Shown piece by piece: positions 9,572 to 17,995 of a DNA stretch of 59,482 nucleotides. Each line of letters starts with the position of its first letter. Within the stretch, counting starts at the first letter, position 1. The stretch is from a virus (Duplodnaviria > Caudoviricetes), in the IMG/VR virus record IMGVR_UViG_3300037851_000299, positions 1-59,482 of that record. One strand, 5' to 3'. The notes beneath the pieces are model-generated. The model saw nothing but the letters and a program-made list of their open reading frames with translations, made no database searches and had not been told where the DNA came from. The position numbers and the translations under genes were made by a program.

Positions 9572-9910
9572 CTACAGGATCTTGGGGTCGATCCGAACGG
9601 GCCGCTCCGCCGGCTTGCTCCACCAGCGCAACAGGTCGTCGATCGCGTGGGCTCGCTCCCGCAACAGGTTCGCCTCGGTCGTCCGGTCGGCCAGCGCCAG
9701 TTGGAGCTGCTCCACCTGCTCCGTGAGCAAGTCGCGTTCTTTCATCACGGCGTAGAGCTTGGCCTTCGATTCCGGTTGCACCGCGGGCACCTCGCCGTAG
9801 AGCAACGCTGCGGTGAGCCGCCTCTCAACATCGGCCCGGAACAGCCACGATCCCGTCCGGCCTTCGGCCGGGACCATCTTGCCTTCGTGGTTGAGCGTAA
9901 ACGTCTGCAT
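9572..9910 (-). CDS. Hypothetical protein
   Basis: AAGGAG RBS before MQTFTLNHEG. Confidence 0.65.
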   Translation of the reverse strand: MQTFTLNHEGKMVPAEGRTGSWLFRADVERRLTAALLYGEVPAVQPESKAKLYAVMKERDLLTEQVEQLQLALADRTTEANLLRERAHAIDDLLRWWSKPAERPVRIDPKIL

Positions 9911-10016
9911 GCGCTTCTCCTTTCGCGTTTCGTCGTTGAAGAAATGAGCGGGGGGCGCGGCCCCGCTCACCCTGTCCACGCGCTGCGTTGTTGGTCCCGC
10001 CGGCCCGGTGCATTCG

Positions 10017-10484
10017 CTACTCCTGCTGCTTCACCTCCCGTTCTATCATCGCGCTCAACCCCGCCCAGGGGTCAGCTCCCCGCGTGAGCGGGACGAGGCA
10101 CCAGCGCTCGCCGCGCTTCGCTTCGATCTCCGAGACGATAGAGAGCCCGTGCTGGACGCAGACGCAGCCGCCTGGGTTGACGGCGCCATCTTCTGCCAGC
10201 AGCCACAGGCAGGCCGAGCGCGGAAGGCGCTGCCCCTGCCCGGCGCACGTCACGCACGGAGCGGTCGACCCGACCATGTAGGTGACGTCGAGTTGCGGGT
10301 GCGTGAGCCGGCCGGCATAGACGTAGCGCCTCACCGGCACCACATCCCCGCTCGGCAGGATCCACGGCTGGAGCACCTCGCACCACGCGGCGGCGAGGCC
10401 GACGCTGGCGGTGGCGATCATCGCGACGTGGCCGTCCGGGCAGCGGACAAGCTCGAGGGGCTTGAAGGACGCTCGAGTCATCAT
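10017..10484 (-). CDS. Cys-containing hypothetical protein
   Basis: GGAGG RBS, ATGA overlap, CVTC/CVQH. Confidence 0.6.
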   Translation of the reverse strand: MMTRASFKPLELVRCPDGHVAMIATASVGLAAAWCEVLQPWILPSGDVVPVRRYVYAGRLTHPQLDVTYMVGSTAPCVTCAGQGQRLPRSACLWLLAEDGAVNPGGCVCVQHGLSIVSEIEAKRGERWCLVPLTRGADPWAGLSAMIEREVKQQE

Positions 10485-10882
10485 GCGGTAGCCTCCGTTC
10501 TGCCTGATGTCTCGAGCAGCGCTCTGAAATCGAGTGGCTGCAGAACCCCGCGGCCCTGACGGATCAGCGCGTCCGCCACGCCTGGTATCGCGGCGCGCAC
10601 GGCAGTGGGACTGAGGACCGCGAAGCGGCCAGTCGGGTAGAGCGCAGCAGCGCCGGTGGCATCGGGGCAGATGGGGAACATGTCGGGCCGCCAGGGTGTG
10701 GCGTCGGCTTCGACGATTACGATGCCCTGCGCCCAGAGGCGAGCGCATGTCGGACACGGGAGGTAGTCGACCACGAAAGGCTTCCCGGCTTCGGCCGCGG
10801 CGTCAAGATGCTCCTCTCCTGGCCGCGGTTGTTCGCACCAGAAGCACAGGACTGGATGCCAGTGCTCAGATTCCAAGGTCAT
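10481..10882 (-). CDS. Zn-ribbon hypothetical protein
   Basis: CFWC...DYLPCPTC...YPTGR; GGAGGAG RBS. Confidence 0.65.
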   Translation of the reverse strand: MTLESEHWHPVLCFWCEQPRPGEEHLDAAAEAGKPFVVDYLPCPTCARLWAQGIVIVEADATPWRPDMFPICPDATGAAALYPTGRFAVLSPTAVRAAIPGVADALIRQGRGVLQPLDFRALLETSGRTEATA

Positions 10883-11010
10883 GGGCTCCTCCATCTCAGC
10901 TGGCGCCGCACGCGCAGCCACCGCCGCCAGCAGCGGACGCAGGAGTAAAAGGGGCGGTTGTCGCCGGCGCGCTTCGCCTCGGCTTCCATGTTGCAGAACG
11001 TACACGTCAC
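10879..11010 (-). CDS. Small basic Zn-finger peptide (43 aa)
   Basis: GGAGG RBS, GTG start, CTFC...CVRC, ATGA overlap with next gene. Confidence 0.55.
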   Translation of the reverse strand: MTCTFCNMEAEAKRAGDNRPFYSCVRCWRRWLRVRRQLRWRSP

Positions 11011-11020
11011 GGGGGCCTCC

Positions 11021-11056
11021 AGAGAAGAAGCCGGGGAGCCCCGATGGGCCCCCGGC
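11021..11056 (-). terminator. Probable intrinsic terminator
   Basis: GC hairpin GCCGGGG/CCCCGGC followed by TTCTTCT on the minus strand. Confidence 0.55.
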
Positions 11057-11092
11057 CGGTGTCAGTCGCTAGGCTTCTGCCTGACCAGCGGT

Positions 11093-12208
11093 CTACGCGG
11101 CCTTCGCGAGCGCGTTGACCTCAGCCGGCGCCATCATCAGCTTGCCGGCTTCGGTCTCCAGCTCGATCTTGCGGTCGTAGTCGGAAAGGTCGCGAGCGGT
11201 GGCGGTGAGGGCGTTCAGCATCCCCCACACCGAGAGGTCACCGCCCCGGGTCAGGTTGGCAAGCACTCGCTCCTGCTCCGGCTCCCGCAGCCCGATCCGG
11301 GAGGTGAGCAGCTCGGCGGCTGCGATGGGGTTCTGCACCTCGATGCTAGCGGCGAGTCGGGCCTGGTCCAGGATCTTCTGGAACGACGCGGGGTTGACCA
11401 GGCCGGCCAGGGTATCGCCGACTTTCATGAGGAACGCTTTGTCGTCCTGGCGGAGCGTCTCCTCCCGAAGGAAAGACAACTCGTTCTCCTGGGCCCGCCC
11501 CAGGTGAACTTTGCGGATCCCGCCCACGGCCACCACCATGCCGTTGACGCAGGCGAGCCGGTGCAGAAAGGGCTCGATGGCGAGAGCGCCAGCACCCACC
11601 TCGGAGTTGCGGATGATGAACCCCGCCGCGACCTCGTCGCCCTTCTTGACCTCGCCGCGCCGGTCCCACAGCACGGCCCGAATGTACAGGCGGCGGTCGG
11701 TGAGGCCGGCTTCCTGAAAGCGCCACTGCAACCCGGTGTCCGCCAGGGTTGGGAGGGTCGCGGCCAGGATGTCCACGTTGTCGAGGCGGTGGTACCGCTC
11801 CGACAACACGGACCGGACGACGCGGTCGGTGGTGCGGACCATGCGACGCTGGGGCTCGGCGTGCAGCCAGTGGTTCACGTTCGCTGCCCACAGTTCGGGG
11901 GCGTCGTGGCGCATCCTGTCGTAGTACGCCTTCGGCACGCCGGTCTCCCCGGCGATCTGACCGTGGGCGTAGTCGTTGATTGGAAGCGCGGCGTTGGCGG
12001 CGAACCACTCGGCGCTGCCTTCGCGGACGAGCTGGCTCTGTTCGGGGTGGTGCTCGAGCTCTCCGGTCGGCGCGACGGATAGCTGGCGGGTGTCCGTGAT
12101 GAAGTCAACGCTGGCCTCGCTGCGGCGCTGGATCTCCTGCACCAGCCGGCCGAGGTCGTAGCGGTCACGGGCGCGGTCGAACATCGTCGAGGTCGCTTCG
12201 GTCGTCAT
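11093..12208 (-). CDS. DUF932-like phage/plasmid protein
   Basis: VLSERYHRLDN, IRNSEVG, RLACVNGMV, KVHLG, VWGMLNALTA. Confidence 0.8.
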   Translation of the reverse strand: MTTEATSTMFDRARDRYDLGRLVQEIQRRSEASVDFITDTRQLSVAPTGELEHHPEQSQLVREGSAEWFAANAALPINDYAHGQIAGETGVPKAYYDRMRHDAPELWAANVNHWLHAEPQRRMVRTTDRVVRSVLSERYHRLDNVDILAATLPTLADTGLQWRFQEAGLTDRRLYIRAVLWDRRGEVKKGDEVAAGFIIRNSEVGAGALAIEPFLHRLACVNGMVVAVGGIRKVHLGRAQENELSFLREETLRQDDKAFLMKVGDTLAGLVNPASFQKILDQARLAASIEVQNPIAAAELLTSRIGLREPEQERVLANLTRGGDLSVWGMLNALTATARDLSDYDRKIELETEAGKLMMAPAEVNALAKAA

Positions 12209-12524
12209 GGGGTCCTCCTGATGGAGCTTTTGCTCCGGGTTGTGGCCGCGAGGCCTGGTGGGTTACGAGGTGCGGTGGAACATGGCGAGTCGCGCCGCCA
12301 GCTCGACGGCCGCCCACGTTGCTCTCCGGCCGTCTCCTGCGTCGAGGTGTTCCCGAATGGTAGCCGCCAGCTGCCGGACGACAGCGGCGTCCAGGCTCGT
12401 CCTCAGCGCAATGGCCGTTGTGTCGTGGCGACCGTGATCAGGATGCTGTTCCCCGAGGTGACGCAGTCCCATCCTGGCGTGGAGGCTGCGACCACCGTGC
12501 GCTCGTAGTCAGGTGAAAACGTGG

Positions 12525-12788
12525 TCATGGCTGGTTGGCTCCCTTCATCTCCGAGTACACGAGGATCGCGGTCGGGTGCAGGCGTCGCACGGATCGGATA
12601 GCGCTCGGCCGCGGGACGTCGGTGCCGTCCACGCTCGGCGCAGCATAGGCGGCGATGAGCCGGCCCTCGCACCGGCAGTTGAACCAGGCTCGCGCTCCGC
12701 AGGTACAGGTGGGGGTCAGCACGAGGATCTCCGTTTCGCGTTGCGCGAGTGGACCGCAGACTGGCGGCTGGCCGTGGTGTTCGGTCAC
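12525..12788 (-). CDS. Hypothetical protein
   Basis: GTGA overlap, CTCG and CRC. Confidence 0.55.
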   Translation of the reverse strand: MTEHHGQPPVCGPLAQRETEILVLTPTCTCGARAWFNCRCEGRLIAAYAAPSVDGTDVPRPSAIRSVRRLHPTAILVYSEMKGANQP

Positions 12789-13072
12789 GCTTCACCTCCG
12801 CTGTCTGCCGATCGCGGACCCAGCCGGCACAGCTCGACGCCCTCCCATTGGGCTTGGGAATCGCGCCACAGCCGGTTGGCGAGTTCTGGTCGCGCCGCAA
12901 CGCTGCGCCACCGCTCCTCACTCAACAGGTCCGCCCCGGCACGCAACCGGGCCGCCGTGATCGGACAGCCCGCGTTGTCGGCTCTTTCGGCGCTTTTCAG
13001 GATGCACCGCCGGGCTTTCGCGGCGTCTCCCGCCGTCTTGATGGCTCCCAGGTAGCGTTCGGTGGCGCTCAT
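12785..13072 (-). CDS. Hypothetical protein
   Basis: AGGGAG RBS before MSATERY, ATGA overlap. Confidence 0.6.
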   Translation of the reverse strand: MSATERYLGAIKTAGDAAKARRCILKSAERADNAGCPITAARLRAGADLLSEERWRSVAARPELANRLWRDSQAQWEGVELCRLGPRSADSGGEA

Positions 13073-13398
13073 GGTCGACTCCCTTTTCCTTTCCAGAGCA
13101 GGTGGTCGAGCGTTCTGTGGGCGATGGCCTCGACGTTCCACCAGCCCTTGTGGATGACTCGGTCGCCCTGCCGGAGCGGTTCTTGCACCCACTCGGCCCG
13201 GCAGAGGTACTCCCCATCCTCGAGCAGGCCCCCGCAAACCACGTCGAAGCGGATGGCAACGTCGAGTTGCTGGAGCATGTCCACCGTCAGCCGGCCCTGA
13301 ACGCCACAGATGCAGAGGTCGTTGCCACCATTGGAGACGGCGACGACCAGTTGGATGCCAGCGTGATCCGTCGGCCAGGTTTCGCGCCTCATGTTCAC
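13069..13398 (-). CDS. Hypothetical protein
   Basis: GGGAGG near start; fits gene tiling. Confidence 0.6.
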   Translation of the reverse strand: MNMRRETWPTDHAGIQLVVAVSNGGNDLCICGVQGRLTVDMLQQLDVAIRFDVVCGGLLEDGEYLCRAEWVQEPLRQGDRVIHKGWWNVEAIAHRTLDHLLWKGKGSRP

Positions 13399-13441
13399 CT
13401 CCCCAGGTTGCGCTTCGCCAAGGCGGGGCAGTCGTTACAGT

Positions 13442-13582
13442 TCATGTCGGCTTCCATCTTCCCCTCCCCGCGCACTGGTCGCACAGCCCGTCCTTCGACT
13501 TCGCCGCACTCGCCTTGCGCTGGTTGCACGACGGGCATACCGCCGTGCGGGGTTGCTCGGAGGCGCTCGATGAACGCGTCAC
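13442..13582 (-). CDS. Small Zn-finger-like protein
   Basis: GTGA overlap; CPSC...CDQC. Confidence 0.5.
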   Translation of the reverse strand: MTRSSSASEQPRTAVCPSCNQRKASAAKSKDGLCDQCAGRGRWKPT

Positions 13583-13767
13583 GGCACCAACTCCCTTCTG
13601 GCCTGCACGAAGCACAGATTGACGTCGGTGTGCCAGCCGAGGCGGGCCTCGGCCTTGCATCGCTCGAGCTCCGCGTGGAGCTGAGCGGCGGTCGGTCCAG
13701 GTTGGGTGGTCGCGCACCCGGTGAGGGCCGCGACCAGGATGGCGATGGTGAGGATGCGGGGGGTCAT
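13579..13767 (-). CDS. Small lipoprotein
   Basis: MTPRILTIAILVAALTG-C signal II lipobox. Confidence 0.7.
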   Translation of the reverse strand: MTPRILTIAILVAALTGCATTQPGPTAAQLHAELERCKAEARLGWHTDVNLCFVQARRELVP

Positions 13768-14006
13768 GATTGCCCCCGAGTCGCGTCCCGCATGACCTGC
13801 TCAAGGTCTACGGGGGCGATTTCCCCGTCCGTAGCCAGGACGGCGTGAGCCGTCCAGTAAGCGATGTGGCGGTCTCCGCCGGTCTGGCGGAGAACTTCGC
13901 GGGCCGCCGCCACTGCGGCTCTTACGATCGGGCATGTGTCGTACATGGAGGTTTCCATCTTCCTCTCCTCCCGTTGGTGCCGCGTCCACTCGCGGCGGGT
14001 CGTCAC
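13764..14006 (-). CDS. Hypothetical protein (start uncertain)
   Basis: Tiles between neighbours; alternative start at METSM after GAGGAA. Confidence 0.5.
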   Translation of the reverse strand: MTTRREWTRHQREERKMETSMYDTCPIVRAAVAAAREVLRQTGGDRHIAYWTAHAVLATDGEIAPVDLEQVMRDATRGQS

Positions 14007-14155
14007 TCAGTGATCGACTCTTCCTCTTCAGGCGACAGGTCATCGCCTACTGGAAGAGTATCGAGGTCATCCTGTGTCGCGAGTCTGGTTTCCTCGGTCT
14101 GGCAATTCCAGACAATGGGGCCGAACGAGCCAAAACGTATCACTTCCTTGCACAT
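14003..14155 (-). CDS. Small acidic hypothetical protein
   Basis: GGAGAGG RBS before MCKEVIRF; acidic tail. Confidence 0.5.
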   Translation of the reverse strand: MCKEVIRFGSFGPIVWNCQTEETRLATQDDLDTLPVGDDLSPEEEESITE

Positions 14156-14440
14156 CGTCCTCTCCCCTCGTTTGTGCCGCGTTGACTCGCGGCGGGTTCG
14201 ACCGCTCCGGGCGACGGGGCGCACCCCGCAAACGAATGTACCGGCCGTGGGTCGGGCGGTTGGGTGTGTGCGTCACGTCCATTCCTTCCCGACCCACGAA
14301 CGCTACGCTCGTAGGACCTCAGACCCGGCGTTCTTCCCAACCGGCGTGGCGTGGCGCGTTCCGGGGGCACCGAGCCAGGGTCACCATGGCGATCACCTCC
14401 CTTCATCGCGTTGCATCGCTGAAACATACGCTCCTCATAG

Positions 14441-14471
14441 AAAAGGCCCGGCCACCTGAGGCGACCGGGCC
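14441..14471 (-). terminator. Intrinsic terminator
   Basis: GGCCCGGTCGCC/GGTGGCCGGGCC hairpin plus TTTT. Confidence 0.75.
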
Positions 14472-14488
14472 AGGCGTGGAGTGGGCGG

Positions 14489-15697
14489 TCAGGTCAGCTG
14501 CTCAACCGCGAGCAGCCGCTCGTGGAGGGACGGGGCGTCGAGCAGGCCCTCCGCCCGCCCGTTGCGCTGCTGCCAGAGGAACGTCGCGGTGTAGCCGTGG
14601 GAGCGCGAGCCGCCGAGGCTGAGCACTTCACCGTGCCGCGCCTCGATGGCACTGATGAGCGTGGAGGCGTGGACGTCTGCCTTCGTCATGACCAGCCACA
14701 CGTCCTTGGCCGCGGGCTGCGTCGTGGATTTGGGCTCTTTGGGCGCGGCCGGAGTCTTCGGCGCCTTGGGAGTCGTGGCGGGCTTGGGGGACTTCGCGGC
14801 CTTGTCGGCGCCAGCCGCGCGCTCCTGCTGCGCGAGCCGGAGGTAGTCGCCCTGGGGCAGGCCGGCGCGGGCGCCCTTCAAGCTGACGCTCAGCTCACCG
14901 GCGAGAATGCTGCGCTCCGCGTCCGCCTTGGCGATGCCGTGGCGCTTCGCGATCGTCGTCACCAGGTAGTTCGCCAGCCCAACGTCGTCCGCCCTGAAGC
15001 CGAACACCAGGCGCATCTCCTGGGTGCTCTTGTACTGCGTAGTGGTCGCCGGTCCTTCGACGCGCGTCTCACACTCGGCAGCAACAGGCTCGTTGGCGGG
15101 GGTGGCGTCTTCGCTCTCAGCCGGCGGCAGCGCCGACACGGCGCCTGTGGTGCGAGAGCGCTTCTTCTTGGCGGGCGCGGGGGTAGGAGTCGGCTCCTCG
15201 GTGGCCTCGCCGAACCGGCTGGGGTACACCTTGGGGGGCTGGCCGTCCGACTCAGGCTCCGGCTCGGGCTCGTCCTGCTGCTCGGCGGACTTCGCGCTCG
15301 GCTTCGTCGCACTCAGGTAGTCGAAGCGGACGGTGGCCTTGCCGCCATCCTTGACTCGCTCGACCGTGACTTCCGGCTCGGCGATGGAGAGCACTCTGAC
15401 CACCGAGCCGCCCTTGGTGTAGACGGCCGCGCCGACCTGGATGAACGAGTAGTCGGTGGCGGGGGGCTCGGCAGGGGGCTCGGGCTCAGCGGGCGCGGCA
15501 GCCGGGACGGCCACCTTGCGGCCGGTGCGAGCCTTCTTCGCCTGGGCTTTCGCGGCGGCGACTGGCTCCTCGGGCGCAGCCGCGACCTCAACAGCCGGAA
15601 CGGGGGCGACGGGTTCCTGCGCGTCCACCGGGGCGACGGCAGCGGCCAGCGAGGCCAGGTCAGTCTTCGGGGCGATGGTGTTGCTCTTCCGTGCCAT
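14489..15697 (-). CDS. Ala/Pro/Lys/Glu-rich early protein with small folded domains
   Basis: GGAGG RBS before MARKSNT; central SH3/KOW-like segment FIQVGAAVYTKGGSVVRVLSI. Confidence 0.75.
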   Translation of the reverse strand: MARKSNTIAPKTDLASLAAAVAPVDAQEPVAPVPAVEVAAAPEEPVAAAKAQAKKARTGRKVAVPAAAPAEPEPPAEPPATDYSFIQVGAAVYTKGGSVVRVLSIAEPEVTVERVKDGGKATVRFDYLSATKPSAKSAEQQDEPEPEPESDGQPPKVYPSRFGEATEEPTPTPAPAKKKRSRTTGAVSALPPAESEDATPANEPVAAECETRVEGPATTTQYKSTQEMRLVFGFRADDVGLANYLVTTIAKRHGIAKADAERSILAGELSVSLKGARAGLPQGDYLRLAQQERAAGADKAAKSPKPATTPKAPKTPAAPKEPKSTTQPAAKDVWLVMTKADVHASTLISAIEARHGEVLSLGGSRSHGYTATFLWQQRNGRAEGLLDAPSLHERLLAVEQLT

Positions 15698-15810
15698 GTC
15701 TCTACCTCCAGAGCTTCCCGGGTCCCGCCGGGTCGGTCCGCACGATGGTGCTGGACGTGGCCCGCAGCCGCGGAGCGGCTCGGCCACCTCCAGTACGATC
15801 GGACTTCTGG

Positions 15811-16176
15811 TTATCTGGAATTGGACAGATGCCCCACGTGCGGCCCGACGATCCACTCGCGCACCGCATCGAGCGCCGTCTCCTGCTTGGCCGGTGCGGC
15901 GATCAGCGGTCGCATCGCCTCGATCTGTCCGGCGAGGACGGTCACGTCGTGGATCAGCGACGTGCTTGTGATCGACGAATACACCCGGCTGGGTCCGGAC
16001 TCGGCCATCCGGTCGTGCTCCTCCTGCAGGATCCGCGCGAGCCACGCGAGCTTCTTCAGCAGGTCGTCGTGCTTGCTCTCTACCTGACGGCACAGCTCGA
16101 AGAGCCCCGAGCTGAACGCCTCGTCACGCTGTGCAACGGTCATCTCCTGAAGCGCTGCGAATGTCCTGGTCGCCAT
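15811..16176 (-). CDS. Hypothetical protein
   Basis: GGAGG RBS; helical. Confidence 0.7.
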   Translation of the reverse strand: MATRTFAALQEMTVAQRDEAFSSGLFELCRQVESKHDDLLKKLAWLARILQEEHDRMAESGPSRVYSSITSTSLIHDVTVLAGQIEAMRPLIAAPAKQETALDAVREWIVGPHVGHLSNSR

Positions 16177-16231
16177 GTCCTACCTCCGTGGTGTGGTTCG
16201 CTTCGTTGATCGTCGGGGTTGAAGTCGGGGC

Positions 16232-16843
16232 TCAGGGGTTGGGGTCGCCCATCTTCGCGTCGGCTGCCTGCCACTCCGCGAGGGCGTTGTGCTGCTCGGC
16301 GACCCAGTCGCAGAAGAGAGCATCGTCGCCGCAGCATCGGATCGAGTCCGCGTAGGTCGCGACCGCTTTCGCGTAGAGGCGCTGGCGCTGGTCCGGCGCG
16401 CCCCAGGTTTCGTCGTCCAGCAGGTCGACGCACCACGCGGCCGCTTCTACGGCAGCCGCCTGGGCTCGGGTCAGCGCCAGCTCGTCGCGCTCGTACAGCT
16501 CGTCGAGTTCTCTCACGTACGGCCCGAGCAGCCGCAGCGTGGAGTCGTTGCCGGTGGTCATCACGTCGAGCACGGTGCGGATCACGTCGGGGCGGTCGGC
16601 TTCGTGAAAGGAGAGCATCTCAACCTCCAGCGGGGTGGTCACGAACGTTGCGAGGTGGGTCATCCTGCGGCAGCGGTCACAGGTGACCTCGGCGAGAGTT
16701 CCGGCGCGGTAGTCGCGCCCACGAGTGGGGCGGCGGTTGCCATCGACTGAGCAGGCGGTTCCGGGGGACCAGGCGATGTGGACCTTGGTGCCGCGTCCGA
16801 CGTTGCACACCAGAATCTTCGCGTCGGCCTGTTGAGCGGTCAT
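16232..16843 (-). CDS. Hypothetical protein with H/C metal-binding motif
   Basis: KVH...AC...VTCDRC; GGAGG RBS. Confidence 0.7.
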   Translation of the reverse strand: MTAQQADAKILVCNVGRGTKVHIAWSPGTACSVDGNRRPTRGRDYRAGTLAEVTCDRCRRMTHLATFVTTPLEVEMLSFHEADRPDVIRTVLDVMTTGNDSTLRLLGPYVRELDELYERDELALTRAQAAAVEAAAWCVDLLDDETWGAPDQRQRLYAKAVATYADSIRCCGDDALFCDWVAEQHNALAEWQAADAKMGDPNP

Positions 16844-16845
16844 CG

Positions 16846-17232
16846 TTACCTCCCGGTCGCCGAGACGCGCTCGGCGATCATCTGCTTGGCCTGGGCGAGC
16901 GGGACGGCCCGACGCCGCAGCCGGTTGACGTTGCGGACGATCTCGTCCGCCGTGCGCGAGCCGTTCAGGTACCCGGCGACCGCCTTGGCGAAAGTCGCGA
17001 CCGGCCGGTCACCGCGACTGCTGTTGCAGCGCGAGCAGCAGGTCACCAAGTTGGTCGAGCCGTTGCTGCCGCCCTTGCCGGCGGGGCGGATGTGGTCGAG
17101 CGTGAGCTGGACCCCATCCTCAACCGCCGCCCCGCAGTAAGCGCAGGCGAGCCCGTCGCGAAGGTAAAGAGCCAACCTTCGCTCCTTCCGGATCCAGTTC
17201 ATCCCGTTCCACGCTTGCTGCCGCTTCGTCAT
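16846..17232 (-). CDS. HNH endonuclease
   Basis: RDGLACAYCG...LTLDHIRP...GGSN..NLVTCCSRCN; AGGAGG RBS. Confidence 0.92.
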   Translation of the reverse strand: MTKRQQAWNGMNWIRKERRLALYLRDGLACAYCGAAVEDGVQLTLDHIRPAGKGGSNGSTNLVTCCSRCNSSRGDRPVATFAKAVAGYLNGSRTADEIVRNVNRLRRRAVPLAQAKQMIAERVSATGR

Positions 17233-17251
17233 ACTGTACCTCCTGGCGTGT

Positions 17252-17792
17252 TGGTGGGCGTTGACCGCGTCCCCTGCCCTGCGCGGGGGACCTGGCCAAC
17301 GCCGGCCGGAGCCGGCGTCGCTGGGTTGTTAAGCGATCTTGGCAGCGGCGCGGAGCTGCAGTGCAGTGCCATCGTGGACCTCCGGTGCGCCGCCTGGGCG
17401 CTGTGCTCGAGGGCGTTGAACCGGTCGGCCGCGCCCATCGCAGCAGACCGGATCAACGCCGACTTGCGTCGGCGTTGTCGTTGTTGTCGTTGTCGTTGGA
17501 GTCTGTCCCGGCATCAGCCGCCGGTGCGCTTGGCGGTTCCACCCGCCGTCTGTAGCCTTTGTCGCCGTCGCCGCTTTCCGTGTGCCCCCCGCTCCCCTTC
17601 CCTTGCAACCTCTCCGATCCATCCAACCGGCTCCGCCCGGCTGGCCCCTCGCCCCTCCCCTGCACTGCATCGGTTCGGCCCACACGACCCGCTGCCGCTT
17701 CGGTTCGCCTAAGTTGTCAAAGACGCCGGGCCTGATGCCCCGGCTGCAGGGTCAGAGTCGACCGGATGCCCGGCCAGCAGCGGTCAACGTCC
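17252..17792 (-). ncRNA. Putative large structured RNA in early leader
   Basis: Four nested long-range helices, GCAA and cUCCGg tetraloop hairpins and two potential H-type pseudoknots on the minus strand; no ORF with an RBS. Confidence 0.6.
17713..17744 (-). promoter_or_regulatory. Hairpin plus boxA-like antitermination signal
   Basis: Hairpin GCCGGG...CCCGGC directly followed by GTCTTTGACAAC, resembling rrn boxA. Confidence 0.5.
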
Positions 17793-17883
17793 GCCCCGAG
17801 TAGCTCTCCCACAGGCGGCAAGTGCCCAGCGGTGCTCCCTCGGGGGTTCGGTTGGCGGCTTGGTGCTTGATAACCACAACTTC

Positions 17884-17912
17884 ATGATCGCTCCACCTTT
17901 TCAGTTTGTCAA
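17884..17912 (-). promoter_or_regulatory. Main leftward early promoter
   Basis: TTGACA-17 bp-GATCAT with upstream A-tracts; shares GGCTTGACA with the 9547 promoter. Confidence 0.7.
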
Positions 17913-17995
17913 GCCCTTTTTGTGAAGGCGGCCAACTTTTTTTGTAAAGCCACCAGCCCCTCCCCTAACTCATCCTCCGCCTCGCCGTTGCGTCG

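Noticed and set aside
2539-16087. Long plus-strand ORFs such as 2539-4035, 7775-9223, 10958-12082 and 14522-16087
   Set aside because: Antisense shadows of minus-strand genes, expected at high GC3.
17229-17712. ORF-track frames across the structured leader, including 17453-17683 (-)
   Set aside because: No RBS and low-complexity products; the base-pairing pattern explains the sequence better, though the 76-aa frame is not fully excluded.
17252-17792. Canonical tmRNA, tRNA or IscB/HEARO element
   Set aside because: No T-loop or alanine G-U identity pair; the HNH protein is only 128 aa with no RuvC or PLMP region.
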